Shown piece by piece: positions 63,966-64,000 of a DNA stretch of 64,000 bases. Position 1 is the stretch's first letter. Each line of letters starts with the position of its first letter. The DNA is from Salpingoeca rosetta (lineage: Eukaryota; Protista; Choanoflagellata), in NCBI GenBank assembly GCA_033442325.1, contig JAWQFM010000027.1, forward strand, positions 670,231-734,230, read 5' to 3'. Both the position numbers and the translations under genes were made by a program. Under the pieces are notes generated by a model, which was not told the DNA's origin, ran no database searches, and worked only from the letters and a program-made list of their open reading frames with translations.

Positions 63966-64000
<35 letters not shown>

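Overview
Intron-rich eukaryotic genomic DNA (GT-AG introns full of (GT)n/(CA)n microsatellites, poly-Q/N/T/S coding tracts, one 444-nt N gap). Style and gene content fit a choanoflagellate, probably Salpingoeca rosetta (inference). About 15 genes or gene fragments can be spliced together by eye, in this order: 3' end of a MIC19/CHCHD3-like gene; a coiled-coil hypothetical; an Asp/Asn beta-hydroxylase (LpxO/ASPH-type dioxygenase); LRR-TM-TKL receptor kinase 1; an orphan terminal exon of a conserved uncharacterised family; a very large Kelch-repeat STE11/MEKK-type MAP3K; LRR receptor kinase 2; INTS6; two hypotheticals; a mitochondrial chalcone-isomerase-fold protein; INO80; SERBP1/Stm1-like; an internally truncated UTP11; a secreted Cys-rich/mucin/PPC-domain protein; and an atypical bHLH protein. 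Most notable: (i) a candidate receptor-MAP3K signalling cluster whose two receptors show patchy sequence exchange and a furin-type prodomain; (ii) polarised intronic microsatellites (GT near donors, CA near acceptors) that could base-pair across introns; (iii) missing exons beside long microsatellites; (iv) a 74-bp out-of-frame exonic duplication in INO80 that may be spliced as a newborn intron. No rRNA, tRNA, CRISPR array or intact transposon was recognised. All family assignments come from motif recall, not database searches.
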